A stretch of 64,000 bases of DNA from an uncultured Candidatus Saccharibacteria bacterium (GCA_964609075.1 CAZSQP010000002.1:8235-72234); one strand, 5' to 3'. Shown: positions 25,538 through 35,256, counted from the first letter of the stretch. The notes: a model not told the origin generated them from the letters alone. Program-made: numbers and translations.

Positions 25538-26301
25538 GAACTGGCAACCTAAAACCCGAAGAAAGGATTATTGTTGCTCTAGATGTAGACACTATTAAGA
25601 AAGCCTTTTTGTTGGTTCATCAGTTAAATGGTCAAGTTGGGTATTTCAAGATTGGCCTTCAGTTCATTTACTCTATGATAGCTTCTTTGATCTCTCCGGT
25701 CTCCATTAACGAGGCTGTTTATAATCTTAGTGAACTAAGAAAGCTTTTTACTGCTCTTTCTGATCAAGATTTTTGGGATACCAAACTAGCTGATATTCCA
25801 AACACCATAGAGGGTGCCTCGCTTGCTCTTTCTGGGATGGGAGTGAAGATGTTCAATATCCACGCTTCTATGGGGAAAGAAGCTATTAGAAGAGCTGTAG
25901 AAAGCAAGGGTCATTCTCAAGTCTTTGGAGTTACGGTTTTAACGTCTCTTGACAAAGATGAATGTAAGTCTATTTTCGGAGGGAATCCTGGTTCGAAGGT
26001 TCTTCAATTCTCCGATACGCTTCTTGACGAAGGAGTAGACGGAATTATCTGTTCGCCCCAGGAAGCTCAATTGCTTAGAAGCAGAGAAAGATACGACGGT
26101 CTTGTTACTGCTACTCCGGGTGTGCGTCCCGAATGGGCTCAGAAAGGGGATCAAAAGAGAATTATGACTCCTGCAGAAGCTATCAGAGCAGGAGCTGACC
26201 TTCTTGTTATAGGTCGTCCTATTCGTGAACCGCCAAAGGAGATCGGCAGTCCGGCAGATGCTGCCAGAATGATTGCCGAAGAAATCGCCTCAGTATGCTG
26301 A
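25534..26301 (+). CDS. pyrF: Orotidine 5'-phosphate decarboxylase
   Basis: IIVALDVD, GYFKIGLQF, DTKLADIPNT and LVIGRPI. Start chosen at the ATGA overlap with the pyrD-like stop (MRTGNLKPEE); the ORF-track start at 25465 is an upstream extension. Confidence 0.85.
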   Translation: MRTGNLKPEERIIVALDVDTIKKAFLLVHQLNGQVGYFKIGLQFIYSMIASLISPVSINEAVYNLSELRKLFTALSDQDFWDTKLADIPNTIEGASLALSGMGVKMFNIHASMGKEAIRRAVESKGHSQVFGVTVLTSLDKDECKSIFGGNPGSKVLQFSDTLLDEGVDGIICSPQEAQLLRSRERYDGLVTATPGVRPEWAQKGDQKRIMTPAEAIRAGADLLVIGRPIREPPKEIGSPADAARMIAEEIASVC

Positions 26302-26314
26302 AAGGAGGAAGAAA

Positions 26315-27025
26315 ATGCGACAGGGGCTTGCTGATAAGATCATAGCTTTTAGCTTTGATCCTTTGAGGATTTCAGATGATCCTTTTACCCAAGATGAAGT
26401 TCTTAAGATTTTCAGAGAATATGGAGCAGTATGGCTTCATGACGGGGATCCGGAAAAGCCTCATGCTGAGCTTACTTCGGGTAAGCACAGCAATGGTTAT
26501 TTCAATTGTCCTAGTGTTCTGTGTGATACTAAAATCAGTACTCTTTTTGCTCATCAGCTTCTTTATATGCTTGGAGGAAAGGTAACAAGAGGCGTTGAAT
26601 GGGTAATAGGTTCACCCTACGCTGCAATTACTTTTTCTCACGAGGTAGCAAGAATTCTGGGAGCAAAGCATGGATTTCCGAGAAAAGCTGCTGGTAAGAA
26701 GATGGTCTGGAAAGACTGGCAAATTCCAAAAGGTTCTAAAGTCCTTCAAATAGAAGAACTTATAACCACCCTCGGAACAACGATGAATGTCCGAGAGTCA
26801 ATATTCGAGGGTAACGAAGAAGAGGTCGTTTTCCAACCTACCATAGGCGCCATTGTTCACCGACCGCCAGAACTTCCTGTTTGCTATGAAGATGAGATTC
26901 GTGTCGTCTCTCTTATTGAAACCCCGGTTTGGGCGGTAGATCCTGAGGAGTGTCCTCTTTGTGCTAAAGGATCTGAAGCTCTAAGGCCCAGAGGGAAGGG
27001 CAACTGGGAAAAATTGACAGCCTAA
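26315..27025 (+). CDS. Phosphoribosyltransferase, orotate-PRTase-like (atypical)
   Basis: ELTSGKHSNGYFN (PyrE-like substrate loop) and VLQIEELITTLGTT (PRPP-binding motif). Start at the ATG after RBS aggagg. The C-terminal CPLC is unusual. Confidence 0.6.
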   Translation: MRQGLADKIIAFSFDPLRISDDPFTQDEVLKIFREYGAVWLHDGDPEKPHAELTSGKHSNGYFNCPSVLCDTKISTLFAHQLLYMLGGKVTRGVEWVIGSPYAAITFSHEVARILGAKHGFPRKAAGKKMVWKDWQIPKGSKVLQIEELITTLGTTMNVRESIFEGNEEEVVFQPTIGAIVHRPPELPVCYEDEIRVVSLIETPVWAVDPEECPLCAKGSEALRPRGKGNWEKLTA

Positions 27026-27033
27026 AAAGTATC

Positions 27034-27065
27034 AGCCACCGACTTTAAAACGGTGGCTTTTTATT
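27034..27065 (+). terminator. Rho-independent terminator after the PRTase-like gene
   Basis: agccaccg / cggtggct 8-bp stem followed by ttttatt. Confidence 0.75.
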
Positions 27066-27126
27066 ACAAGTTATCCCCAAATATATAGTTGATTTTAAGC
27101 TTTTTTTAAGGTAAAATAGGTATAAT

Positions 27127-28122
27127 ATGGAGTTAAGTAATATCGAGAAAAAAGCGTTAGAAAAGATAGAAAAAGCCTCTGATTTAAAGGGGCTTAATGA
27201 GGTATATAAGGAATATTTAGGAAAGAAAGGGGAGCTGGCCAAAGTCTTCCGTTCTTTAAAAGACTCTTCTGATAAAAAGAAGGTTGGCAAGAAAGCAAAT
27301 AAAGTAAAGAAATTTCTAGAGAAAAAGATTGAATCAAAAAAGAGGCTACTTTTATCAAGAAAAAAAGAAAAGAAGAAATTAGATGTTAGCATTCCAGGCC
27401 AAAAGCCTCCAACAGGTCATTTACATCCTTTAACCTTAGTCAAAAGAAAGATAGAAGAGATATTCCAGAGTATGGGCTTTAGTGTCATAGAGGGTCCTGA
27501 AGCTGAAACAGAATTTTATAATTTTGATGCTTTAAATATTCCTAAAGATCATCCGGCTCGTGACGCCTGGGACACTTTTTATTTAAAAAACGGAAAAGTT
27601 TTAAGGACTCATACTTCTCCTGTTCAGATAAGGTATATGGAAAAGAACTATCCTCCCTTGAGAATTATAGTGCCGGGGAGAATATATAGACACGAAGCTA
27701 CAGACGCCTCCCATGATTTTCAGTTTTATCAGGTTGAAGGTTTAATGGTAGGAAAAGATGTTTCAGCAGCTAACTTCAGAGCTATTATTAAGGAATTTTT
27801 AAGTAGATTTTTTGAGAAGGAAGTGAAAGTTCGTTTAAGACCAAGCTTCTTTCCTTTTACAGAGCCTTCTTTTGAGGTTGATATAAGCTGTTTGGTCTGT
27901 GAGGGAAAAGGATGCAGTGTTTGTTCCCAGACAGGATGGGTAGAGCTTTTGGGAGCCGGCATGGTTCACCCAAATGTTTTGAAGGCTTCTGGCATTAATC
28001 CTGAAAACTGGCAAGGTTTTGCTTTTGGCATAGGCATGGATAGGCTGGCTATGATGAAATACAAGATTGATGATGTAAGGTTGTTTAGAAGTTCCGATTT
28101 AAGATTTATAGGGCAATTTTAA
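27127..28122 (+). CDS. pheS: Phenylalanyl-tRNA synthetase alpha subunit
   Basis: HPLTLV, DHPARD, LRTHTSPVQIR, FRAIIKEF, FFPFTEPS and GFAFGIGMDRLAM. Confidence 0.95.
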   Translation: MELSNIEKKALEKIEKASDLKGLNEVYKEYLGKKGELAKVFRSLKDSSDKKKVGKKANKVKKFLEKKIESKKRLLLSRKKEKKKLDVSIPGQKPPTGHLHPLTLVKRKIEEIFQSMGFSVIEGPEAETEFYNFDALNIPKDHPARDAWDTFYLKNGKVLRTHTSPVQIRYMEKNYPPLRIIVPGRIYRHEATDASHDFQFYQVEGLMVGKDVSAANFRAIIKEFLSRFFEKEVKVRLRPSFFPFTEPSFEVDISCLVCEGKGCSVCSQTGWVELLGAGMVHPNVLKASGINPENWQGFAFGIGMDRLAMMKYKIDDVRLFRSSDLRFIGQF

Positions 28123-28124
28123 TT

Positions 28125-30116
28125 ATGAATTTCTCATATAACTGGCTACAATCTTTTTTTAAAAGCAACCTACCTAAACCAGAAAAGTTGGCAGATCTTT
28201 TAACTATGCATAGTTTTGAAGTGGAAGGAATTGAAAAGAGGGGAAAGGATTTTCTTTTAGATATTGATGTTCTGCCAAATAGGTCTTCTGACTGTCTTTC
28301 TCACTTGGGGATAGCCAGAGAAATATCTGCTCTCTTGGGAAAGAAGATGAAGGTTCTAAAGGATAATAATAGAGATAAGAAAGACAGTTCTCTTTTAAAG
28401 GTTCAAGTTGAAAGTGAAAAGGATTGTCCAAGGTATACAGCAAAGATAATAGAGAGTGTTAAGGTGGGTTCTTCTCCTAAATGGGTTAAAGAAAGAATTG
28501 AATCTTGCGGTATCCAGTCTATAAATAATATTGTAGATATTGCCAATTACGTTATGCTCGAAATAGGACAGCCCCTTCACGCCTTTGACTACGATAAGGT
28601 CTCAGGAGGTATTTTTGTCAGGCGGGCTAAAAAAGAAGAGGAGATTGTTAGTCTGGATGATAATAAGTATAAATTAGACAGTGAAGTTCTTGTTATTTCA
28701 GATAAAGAAAGTCCTTTAGCTATAGCTGGTATTAAGGGAGGAAAGAAAGCTGAAATAGAGAAAGATACTAAGACTATAATTTTAGAATCCGCTAACTTTC
28801 AATATTCTTTAATAAGAAAAACTTCTCGGGAGCTTAGTTTAAAAACTGACGCCTCTTGGAGATTTGAAAATGAGATTGATCCTAATCTTACAGAAAAAGC
28901 TATTAATAGAGCAGCTTATCTTATACAAAAAGAAGCAGGAGGCAAAGACATATCAGGAAATATAGATTACTATCCGAATAAAAGAAAGCCCAAGACCATA
29001 GAGCTAAATAATAAATATTTAAGGAATCTTTTAGGCGTTGATATTAAAGACAAAGAGATAAAAGATATTCTAGAAAGATTGGGTTTTGAGGTTTTAAAGA
29101 ATAAGGTTAAAATTCCCACTTTCCGTCTTGATCTTTCAATAGAAGAGGATTTAATAGAAGAGGTTGGAAGAGTATACGGTTTTGAAAATATTCCTTCTCA
29201 GTTTCCCTTAACTTCCTTATCTCCTCCTGAAAAGAATTTTCCTGTTTTCTGGGAGAACTTTGTTAAAGATGTCTTAAAAGAAAATTTTTCTGAAGTCTAC
29301 AATTACTCTTTTATTTCTAAAGAACAAGCAGAAGATTTTGGGTACAAAAAAGGATTAGCAGAAATTAAGAATCCTTTAAGTCTAGATCAGAAGTATTTAA
29401 GGCCAAGTTTGATTCCCAACCTTTTAAAGGTAATAAAGGAGAATTCTAATAATTTTGATAAGATAAATATTTTTGAACTGGGGAAGGTGTTTTGGAAGAA
29501 TAAAGAAGAAAGAATCCTTTCTGTTTTCTCTGACAACGATGATTTTTACAGATTGAAAGGTGTCGTTGACAATCTTTTAGAGAAAATGGGAATAAGTGAA
29601 ATCTGGTATGATGACTTTAAGCAGACTCCCGAAGAGAGTAAGAAGAATTTTTGGGAAAAGGGGAGATCAGCCGAGATAAAAGTAGATTCTGAAGAAATAG
29701 GGTTTTTAGGAGAAATTTCTTCCAGTATTTTAGAAAAAATGAAGATAGAGAGGAAAGTAACAGCTTTTGAAATTAATTTCGAAAAGCTTCAAAAAATAGC
29801 TTCAGAGGAGCAGGAATACCAGCCCATATCTCGTTATCCTTCAGCTGTAAGAGATATTGCTGTCTTAGTACCTAGAGAAACGAAGGTGGAGGAGATTATG
29901 AATTTAATTAACAGTACCGTCGGTTCTTTAATTAGAGACATTGACCTTTTTGATATTTACGAAGGAGAGGGGATGCCAGAGGGCAAGAAGAATCTTGCTT
30001 TTCATATTATATATCAATCAGAAGAGAGAACCTTAGATAATAAAGAGATAAACGAATTACAAGATAAAATTGTCAAGACTTTAGATTCTGAAGTCGGATG
30101 GCAAGTTAGAAAATAA
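28125..30116 (+). CDS. pheT: Phenylalanyl-tRNA synthetase beta subunit (short form, no N-terminal tRNA-binding domain)
   Basis: MNFSYNWL start, B3/4 domain (NNIVDIANYVMLEIGQPLHAFD), B5 domain and a C-terminal FDX-ACB-like domain (SRYPSAVRDIAV). Confidence 0.93.
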   Translation: MNFSYNWLQSFFKSNLPKPEKLADLLTMHSFEVEGIEKRGKDFLLDIDVLPNRSSDCLSHLGIAREISALLGKKMKVLKDNNRDKKDSSLLKVQVESEKDCPRYTAKIIESVKVGSSPKWVKERIESCGIQSINNIVDIANYVMLEIGQPLHAFDYDKVSGGIFVRRAKKEEEIVSLDDNKYKLDSEVLVISDKESPLAIAGIKGGKKAEIEKDTKTIILESANFQYSLIRKTSRELSLKTDASWRFENEIDPNLTEKAINRAAYLIQKEAGGKDISGNIDYYPNKRKPKTIELNNKYLRNLLGVDIKDKEIKDILERLGFEVLKNKVKIPTFRLDLSIEEDLIEEVGRVYGFENIPSQFPLTSLSPPEKNFPVFWENFVKDVLKENFSEVYNYSFISKEQAEDFGYKKGLAEIKNPLSLDQKYLRPSLIPNLLKVIKENSNNFDKINIFELGKVFWKNKEERILSVFSDNDDFYRLKGVVDNLLEKMGISEIWYDDFKQTPEESKKNFWEKGRSAEIKVDSEEIGFLGEISSSILEKMKIERKVTAFEINFEKLQKIASEEQEYQPISRYPSAVRDIAVLVPRETKVEEIMNLINSTVGSLIRDIDLFDIYEGEGMPEGKKNLAFHIIYQSEERTLDNKEINELQDKIVKTLDSEVGWQVRK

Positions 30117-30118
30117 AT

Positions 30119-33100
30119 ATGGTTAAAAAGAAGAAAACAACTAAGAAGAAAACAGACTACGGGGCAGGGGATATATATGTTTTAGAAGGTCTTGATCCTG
30201 TAAGGAAAAGGCCTGCTATGTATATAGGGTCAACAGGGTCTGACGGGCTTCATCATTTAATCTGGGAAACCGCTGATAATTCTCTAAGTTTCAATACTCC
30301 AGTTTTTGTAAAAGAAAGAGGTAGAACAAAGATAAAAAAGATAGGGGAGTTAATTGATAAAGCTTTTGAAAATAATACTTATTTTGTTGAAAAGGCTAAA
30401 AAGGGTGAAGCTGAAATTTTAAGAAAAAATATTGATATTCAAACTCTTTCTTTTGATCCCAAAACCTTAAAACTTAAATTTAGACCGGCCTTTTCTTTAA
30501 TTAGACATAAAGTAAATAGCCCACTCTATCGTTTAACTCTTCAGAACAATCGTAGGATTGAAATTACTCCTTATCATTCTCTTTTTAGTTTGAAAGAAGG
30601 AGAGGTGGTTCCAATAAAAGGGAAGGAAATCAAGAAAGGGACTCCGATTGTGGTTCCTAAAAAATGGCCGGAAGTAAAAGATAAGGATTATAAGATAGAC
30701 CTAATAGAAGAACTTCTAAATTTATCCAAGGAAAAAACAGAAAATATAAATCTTCATAATATTAAAAACCTGTTAACTCTTGATGCAAGAAAGGAGTTGG
30801 CTCCTGTCCTTAGAGAAAAAGCTAATAAAACTTCTAGTCAGCATTATACCAATCTTTTTTATGATTATGGAAGGTATGATTATCTGCCGTTTAATTTTTT
30901 AAGAATACTTGGTAGAGAAAGTATTGAGAAAGCTAAAAAGTCTTGCTTAATTAGTAGTAGGGGAAATAAAAGAGTTAGCTTAAAGCCTTTTCTTAAGGTT
31001 AACAAGGAATTAGTCGAATTGCTCGGTCTTTTTGCAGCTGAGGGATGTTTGGTTAAAAATGAAGGTGTTTTTAACAGAGTATCCTTTGGTTTAGGGTCTC
31101 ACGAAAAAAGGCTAATAGCTTATCTTTGTCAGATTATAGAGAAGAGTTTAGGAATTAGCTTAACTCCGCATTATGTGCACGAGACAGCTAGAACAGTTAC
31201 CATAGATTCATATTTAATAGCCCTTATCTTTAAGGAGATATTTAAGGCGGGAAAAAGTAGTGCTTATAAGAGAATTCCAGGGTTTATCTTTGACCTTAAT
31301 AGAAACTTAAGAGAAAGATATTTAATTAGCTATCTGGCAGGAGATGGTTATCCAAATAAAACCTTCATAAATTGCCTAGTAAGAAACATTCTTCTTTCAG
31401 ATAAGGAAAGAAGAAAATTTGCTATGACAAGCAAAAGCAGATACCTGATAACCGATTTTTCCTATCTTCTTTCTACTCTTGGAAAGACCTACTCTTTTGG
31501 CAAGAGAAAAGGCAAAAAGAGGAGTATTGGATTGAATTATAAAGGAAATAAAAGGATTCAAGAGATAAAGAAGGGTTCTTTCTTTTATTCTCTTGATTTT
31601 TATTGGAATAATCATTCTTCCTACATTAATTATATCCCGGCAGACCAAATTATTTCATATATAAATTACAAAAGACCCTATTCTTTTAGCGTCAATTTGA
31701 GAGGAGGAATTTCTTGCGAAAAAGCTTTAGGGCTTTTAGAAAAAGAGAGGATAGGACTCAAAGGAAACGCATTTAAATTTTTGAATTCGGATTTGGGTAT
31801 ACTGAAAGTAAAAAAAATAGAAAAAATAAGATATAACCACTCTTGGGTTTATGATATTTCAGTTCCCAACGGCGAGAATTTTGTAGCTGGTTTTTCCCCT
31901 ATTTTAGCTCATAATTCACTAGATGAAGCGTTAGCAGGTTACGCTAAAAATATCAAAATTGCTCTTTTGCCAGATAACAGAGTTAGAACGGAAGACGATG
32001 GAAGAGGAATTCCTGTGGATAGACATTCAAAAACTAAAAAGTCAGCTCTGGAAACTGTTATGACTACTTTGCATGCTGGAGGAAAGTTTGGAGGAAAAGC
32101 TTATCAGGTTGCAGGAGGTCTTCATGGAGTAGGTGTTTCTGTTGTTTGCGCTCTTTCCAATTTTTTAAGGGCTGAAGTCTGTAGAGAAGGTAAAAAGTAT
32201 TCTCAGGAGTATGCTAAAGGAAAAGCCAAAACAAAGCTTAAAAAAGAGGGATCTTGTAAAGGCACAGGAACTACTGTTACTTTTGAACCGGATCCCGAGA
32301 TATTCAGTGAAACAAATTTCAGCTCTAAGAGAATTTTAAGTCATCTTCGCCAACAGGCCTATTTAACAAGCGGAGTGAGGATAACATTCGAAGACAAAAG
32401 GGAGAAAAAAGATAAAAGCTATACCTTCTATTTTGAAGGAGGAATAGCCTCATATATTAAATATTTAACTCATGGAGTAAAACCTCTTCACAGTAATATT
32501 TTTTATGCTTCAGGGGAAAAAGAGGATATACTAGTAGAGGCATCTTTCAGGTACACAGAAGAGTACGAGACTTATGAGGAAAGCTTTGCCAATAATATTT
32601 TTACACCAGAAGGAGGAACGCATTTAACAGGTTTTCGCTCAGCTTTAACCAGGGGACTGAATGATTATGCCAGAAAGAACGATCTTCTTAAAGAATCAGA
32701 CGAAAATCTCTCAGGCCAGGATGTAAGAGAAGGTTTAACAGGTGTTGTCTCTGTCAAGATAAGAGAGCCTCAGTTTGAAGGACAGACAAAGGCTAAACTT
32801 GGGAATATTGAGGCAAAATCTGCTGTAGATCAAGTAGTTTCAGAAGCTCTAACAGACTTTTTTGAGAGAAACCCTAGAGATGCTAAAACTATAATTGAAA
32901 AATGTATTCTATCTTCTAGGGCAAGAAAAGCGGCAAAGAATGCTAAAGAGACAGTTTTAAGGAAAGGAGCTTTAGAGGGTTTAGCTTTACCTGGTAAGTT
33001 GGCTGATTGTACTTCTAAAAAACCAGAAGAGTCAGAATTATTCGTTGTTGAGGGAGATAGTGCCGGCGGTTGTTTTTCTGGAGAAACTAAAGTAGCTCTT

Positions 33101-34996
33101 TTGGATGGAAGGAATGTTTCTTTCAAGCAGTTAGTAAAAGAAAACCACAAAGGTAAGAAAAATTATTGTTACACTATTAAAGAAAATGGTATTGTAGGAA
33201 CGGGTCTCATAGAACATCCAAGAAAAACAAAGATTAATACAGATGTTATTAAGGTAGTTTTAGATAATGGAGAAGAAATTACCTGTACTCCCGACCATAA
33301 ATTTATGCTGAGAGACAAAAGTTATAAAAAAGCAGAGGATTTGACTGTTGAAGATTCTTTAATGCCTTTGTATAAGAAATACTCTAAAAAAGGAGGAAGA
33401 ATAACGATAGAGGGATATGAGATGGTTTTTGATGCCAAGAGAGAGAAATGGATTTTTACTCATCTCTTAGCTGATGAATACAATCTAAAGAATAATGTTT
33501 ATAAGAAGTCTGACGGTTATGATAAGCATCATATTGATTTTAATAAGCTCAATAACAATCCTGATAATATAGTTAGGATGAAAAAGGATGATCATTGGGC
33601 TTATCACAGAAAGATGCTTCAATACGGGCTACATAGTGAGAAGAGTAAAGAGAAATCCAGAAAGGTACGTGCGACGAAAGAATATAGAGAAAAAATCAGA
33701 AAAATTATGACTACTCCCAAGATGAGAAAAATGCTAAGCGAGAGAGCAAAAAGGCAGTGGGAAGATGAGGAGTATAAAAAATATATGGTTAAGAAGTTTA
33801 AAGAGTTCTATCACAGCAATCCAGATTATAGAAAGAAAAATAATGAGTTGTTATACAGAAGTCAGAAAGAATATTGGGCAAACGAGGAAAACAGGAAGGG
33901 GCAGTCAAATAGAGTAAAGAAATTTTTTGAAAATCATCCCCAGGTTAAAGAAAACCTTTCTTTGAAAGTGAAAAAAGAATGGCAAAGTGAAGAGCTTTTA
34001 GAATGGAGAAGAGAAAAAACTAAGAAACAGTGGACGTCAGAGTTTAGGGCGAAGAGGAAGAAAGCATATGATAGGACCTATCTGGATAGATCTCTTGCAG
34101 TTATGAACAATATCTACAAGGTTAATGGGGAGTTGGATAGAGAATTATACAAGAAAGAAAGAATAGAAAGAAAAGATAAATGTGTTTTAAAATATGAGAC
34201 AATATGCAATAGATTTTTTAACAACAACGAGAAGAAAATGAAAGAAGTGGTTTCCAATTACAATCATAAGATTAAAAAAGTGGTAAGGAAAAGAAAGAAA
34301 ATGGATGTTTATGATTTGGAAGTTAAAGACACTCACAATTTTGCTTTAGCTTCAGGTGTTTTTGTGCATAACAGCTGCAAGAGTGCCAGAGACAGAAGAT
34401 TCCAAGCTATCTTACCGTTAAGAGGTAAGATTTTGAATGTAGAGAAAGCAAGGATAGACAGAATATTATCTTCAAAAGAGATTAAAGCCTTGATTATAGC
34501 TCTGGGTACTGCCATAGGGGAGGAGTTTGATATTGAAAGAGCAAGATATCACAGGATCATTCTTACTTTGGATGCTGATGTTGATGGAGCTCATATTAGA
34601 ACCCTACTTTTAACATTGTTTTACAGATACTTTAAGCCTATTATTGAAAAGGGCTATTTATATATCGCCCAGCCTCCTCTTTACAAGATTCAGGCAGGAA
34701 AGAAAAAAGAATACGCCTATACCGAAGAAGGCAAAAAGAAGCTCATAGAAAAGCTTAAAAAAGAAAGCAAGAACATTAAGTTTTCTATTCAAAGATACAA
34801 AGGGCTGGGAGAGATGAACCCTTCTCAACTTTGGGAAACAACTATGAATCCTGAGAATAGAATTCTGCTTCAGGTCACCATTGAAGACGCTAAAGCAGCT
34901 GATAAGATATTCGATACCTTAATGGGAGGAGAAGTGGCTCCTAGAAAAAAGTTTATTCAGACCTACGCTAAGAAAGTAGAGAATCTGGATATTTAG
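30119..34996 (+). CDS. gyrB: DNA gyrase subunit B, interrupted by two in-frame inteins (1625-aa precursor, 646-aa spliced product)
   Basis: Extein parts: GLDPVRKRPAMYIGST, HHLIWETADN|SLDEALAGY, HAGGKFGG, EGDSAGG|SCKSARDRRFQAILPLRGKILNVEKA, PLYKI and YKGLGEMNP. Confidence 0.95.
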   Translation: MVKKKKTTKKKTDYGAGDIYVLEGLDPVRKRPAMYIGSTGSDGLHHLIWETADNSLSFNTPVFVKERGRTKIKKIGELIDKAFENNTYFVEKAKKGEAEILRKNIDIQTLSFDPKTLKLKFRPAFSLIRHKVNSPLYRLTLQNNRRIEITPYHSLFSLKEGEVVPIKGKEIKKGTPIVVPKKWPEVKDKDYKIDLIEELLNLSKEKTENINLHNIKNLLTLDARKELAPVLREKANKTSSQHYTNLFYDYGRYDYLPFNFLRILGRESIEKAKKSCLISSRGNKRVSLKPFLKVNKELVELLGLFAAEGCLVKNEGVFNRVSFGLGSHEKRLIAYLCQIIEKSLGISLTPHYVHETARTVTIDSYLIALIFKEIFKAGKSSAYKRIPGFIFDLNRNLRERYLISYLAGDGYPNKTFINCLVRNILLSDKERRKFAMTSKSRYLITDFSYLLSTLGKTYSFGKRKGKKRSIGLNYKGNKRIQEIKKGSFFYSLDFYWNNHSSYINYIPADQIISYINYKRPYSFSVNLRGGISCEKALGLLEKERIGLKGNAFKFLNSDLGILKVKKIEKIRYNHSWVYDISVPNGENFVAGFSPILAHNSLDEALAGYAKNIKIALLPDNRVRTEDDGRGIPVDRHSKTKKSALETVMTTLHAGGKFGGKAYQVAGGLHGVGVSVVCALSNFLRAEVCREGKKYSQEYAKGKAKTKLKKEGSCKGTGTTVTFEPDPEIFSETNFSSKRILSHLRQQAYLTSGVRITFEDKREKKDKSYTFYFEGGIASYIKYLTHGVKPLHSNIFYASGEKEDILVEASFRYTEEYETYEESFANNIFTPEGGTHLTGFRSALTRGLNDYARKNDLLKESDENLSGQDVREGLTGVVSVKIREPQFEGQTKAKLGNIEAKSAVDQVVSEALTDFFERNPRDAKTIIEKCILSSRARKAAKNAKETVLRKGALEGLALPGKLADCTSKKPEESELFVVEGDSAGGCFSGETKVALLDGRNVSFKQLVKENHKGKKNYCYTIKENGIVGTGLIEHPRKTKINTDVIKVVLDNGEEITCTPDHKFMLRDKSYKKAEDLTVEDSLMPLYKKYSKKGGRITIEGYEMVFDAKREKWIFTHLLADEYNLKNNVYKKSDGYDKHHIDFNKLNNNPDNIVRMKKDDHWAYHRKMLQYGLHSEKSKEKSRKVRATKEYREKIRKIMTTPKMRKMLSERAKRQWEDEEYKKYMVKKFKEFYHSNPDYRKKNNELLYRSQKEYWANEENRKGQSNRVKKFFENHPQVKENLSLKVKKEWQSEELLEWRREKTKKQWTSEFRAKRKKAYDRTYLDRSLAVMNNIYKVNGELDRELYKKERIERKDKCVLKYETICNRFFNNNEKKMKEVVSNYNHKIKKVVRKRKKMDVYDLEVKDTHNFALASGVFVHNSCKSARDRRFQAILPLRGKILNVEKARIDRILSSKEIKALIIALGTAIGEEFDIERARYHRIILTLDADVDGAHIRTLLLTLFYRYFKPIIEKGYLYIAQPPLYKIQAGKKKEYAYTEEGKKKLIEKLKKESKNIKFSIQRYKGLGEMNPSQLWETTMNPENRILLQVTIEDAKAADKIFDTLMGGEVAPRKKFIQTYAKKVENLDI
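30281..31915 (+). mobile_element. Intein 1 in gyrB (545 aa) with LAGLIDADG homing-endonuclease domain
   Basis: Inserted within the conserved DNS-(I/L)DEA ATPase motif. Starts SLSFNT (Ser1), has block B TPYH, LAGLIDADG motifs LLGLFAAEGC and ISYLAGDGY, and ends VAGFSPILAHN with +1 Ser. Confidence 0.88.
33071..34372 (+). mobile_element. Intein 2 in gyrB (434 aa) with HNH endonuclease domain
   Basis: Inserted in the Toprim motif EGDSAGG^S. Starts CFSGETKVALLDG, has block B TPDH, an HNH-like DKHHIDFNKLNNNPDNIV..DHWAYH, and ends THNFALASGVFVHN with +1 Ser. From memory, the splicing blocks resemble the cyanobacterial GyrB intein at this site. Confidence 0.9.
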
Positions 34997-35061
34997 TTGA
35001 CTTTTCTTCCACCTTCAGTTAATATCTAACTGAGGGGCCGGAAAAGGCCTTTTTAAAAACC

Positions 35062-35256
35062 ATGAAAAATATTTTTAAGAAAATAATTCCTTTTTTAAAG
35101 GAAGTCAAGCTAGAAGTCAAGAAAGTAAACTGGCCTAGCAGAGAAGAGACCATAAAATATACTTTAGTTGTTATAGGTTCTTCTTTAGTTGTAGCTGCCT
35201 TTTTAGGAGGACTTGACTTTATCTTTGCAAGGATTTTACAAAGTTTTGTGATATAA
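35062..35256 (+). CDS. secE: Preprotein translocase subunit SecE
   Basis: 64 aa with EVKKVNWPSREE followed by a single TM helix. Immediately upstream of nusG. Confidence 0.82.
   Translation: MKNIFKKIIPFLKEVKLEVKKVNWPSREETIKYTLVVIGSSLVVAAFLGGLDFIFARILQSFVI

Noticed and set aside
27105-27129. Leaderless or promoter assignment for pheS (TATAAT abutting the ATG)
   Set aside because: The TATAAT at 27121-27126 directly touches the start codon, so a transcript from it would begin downstream of the ATG. The alternative taaaat box has awkward spacing. This is too ambiguous to call.
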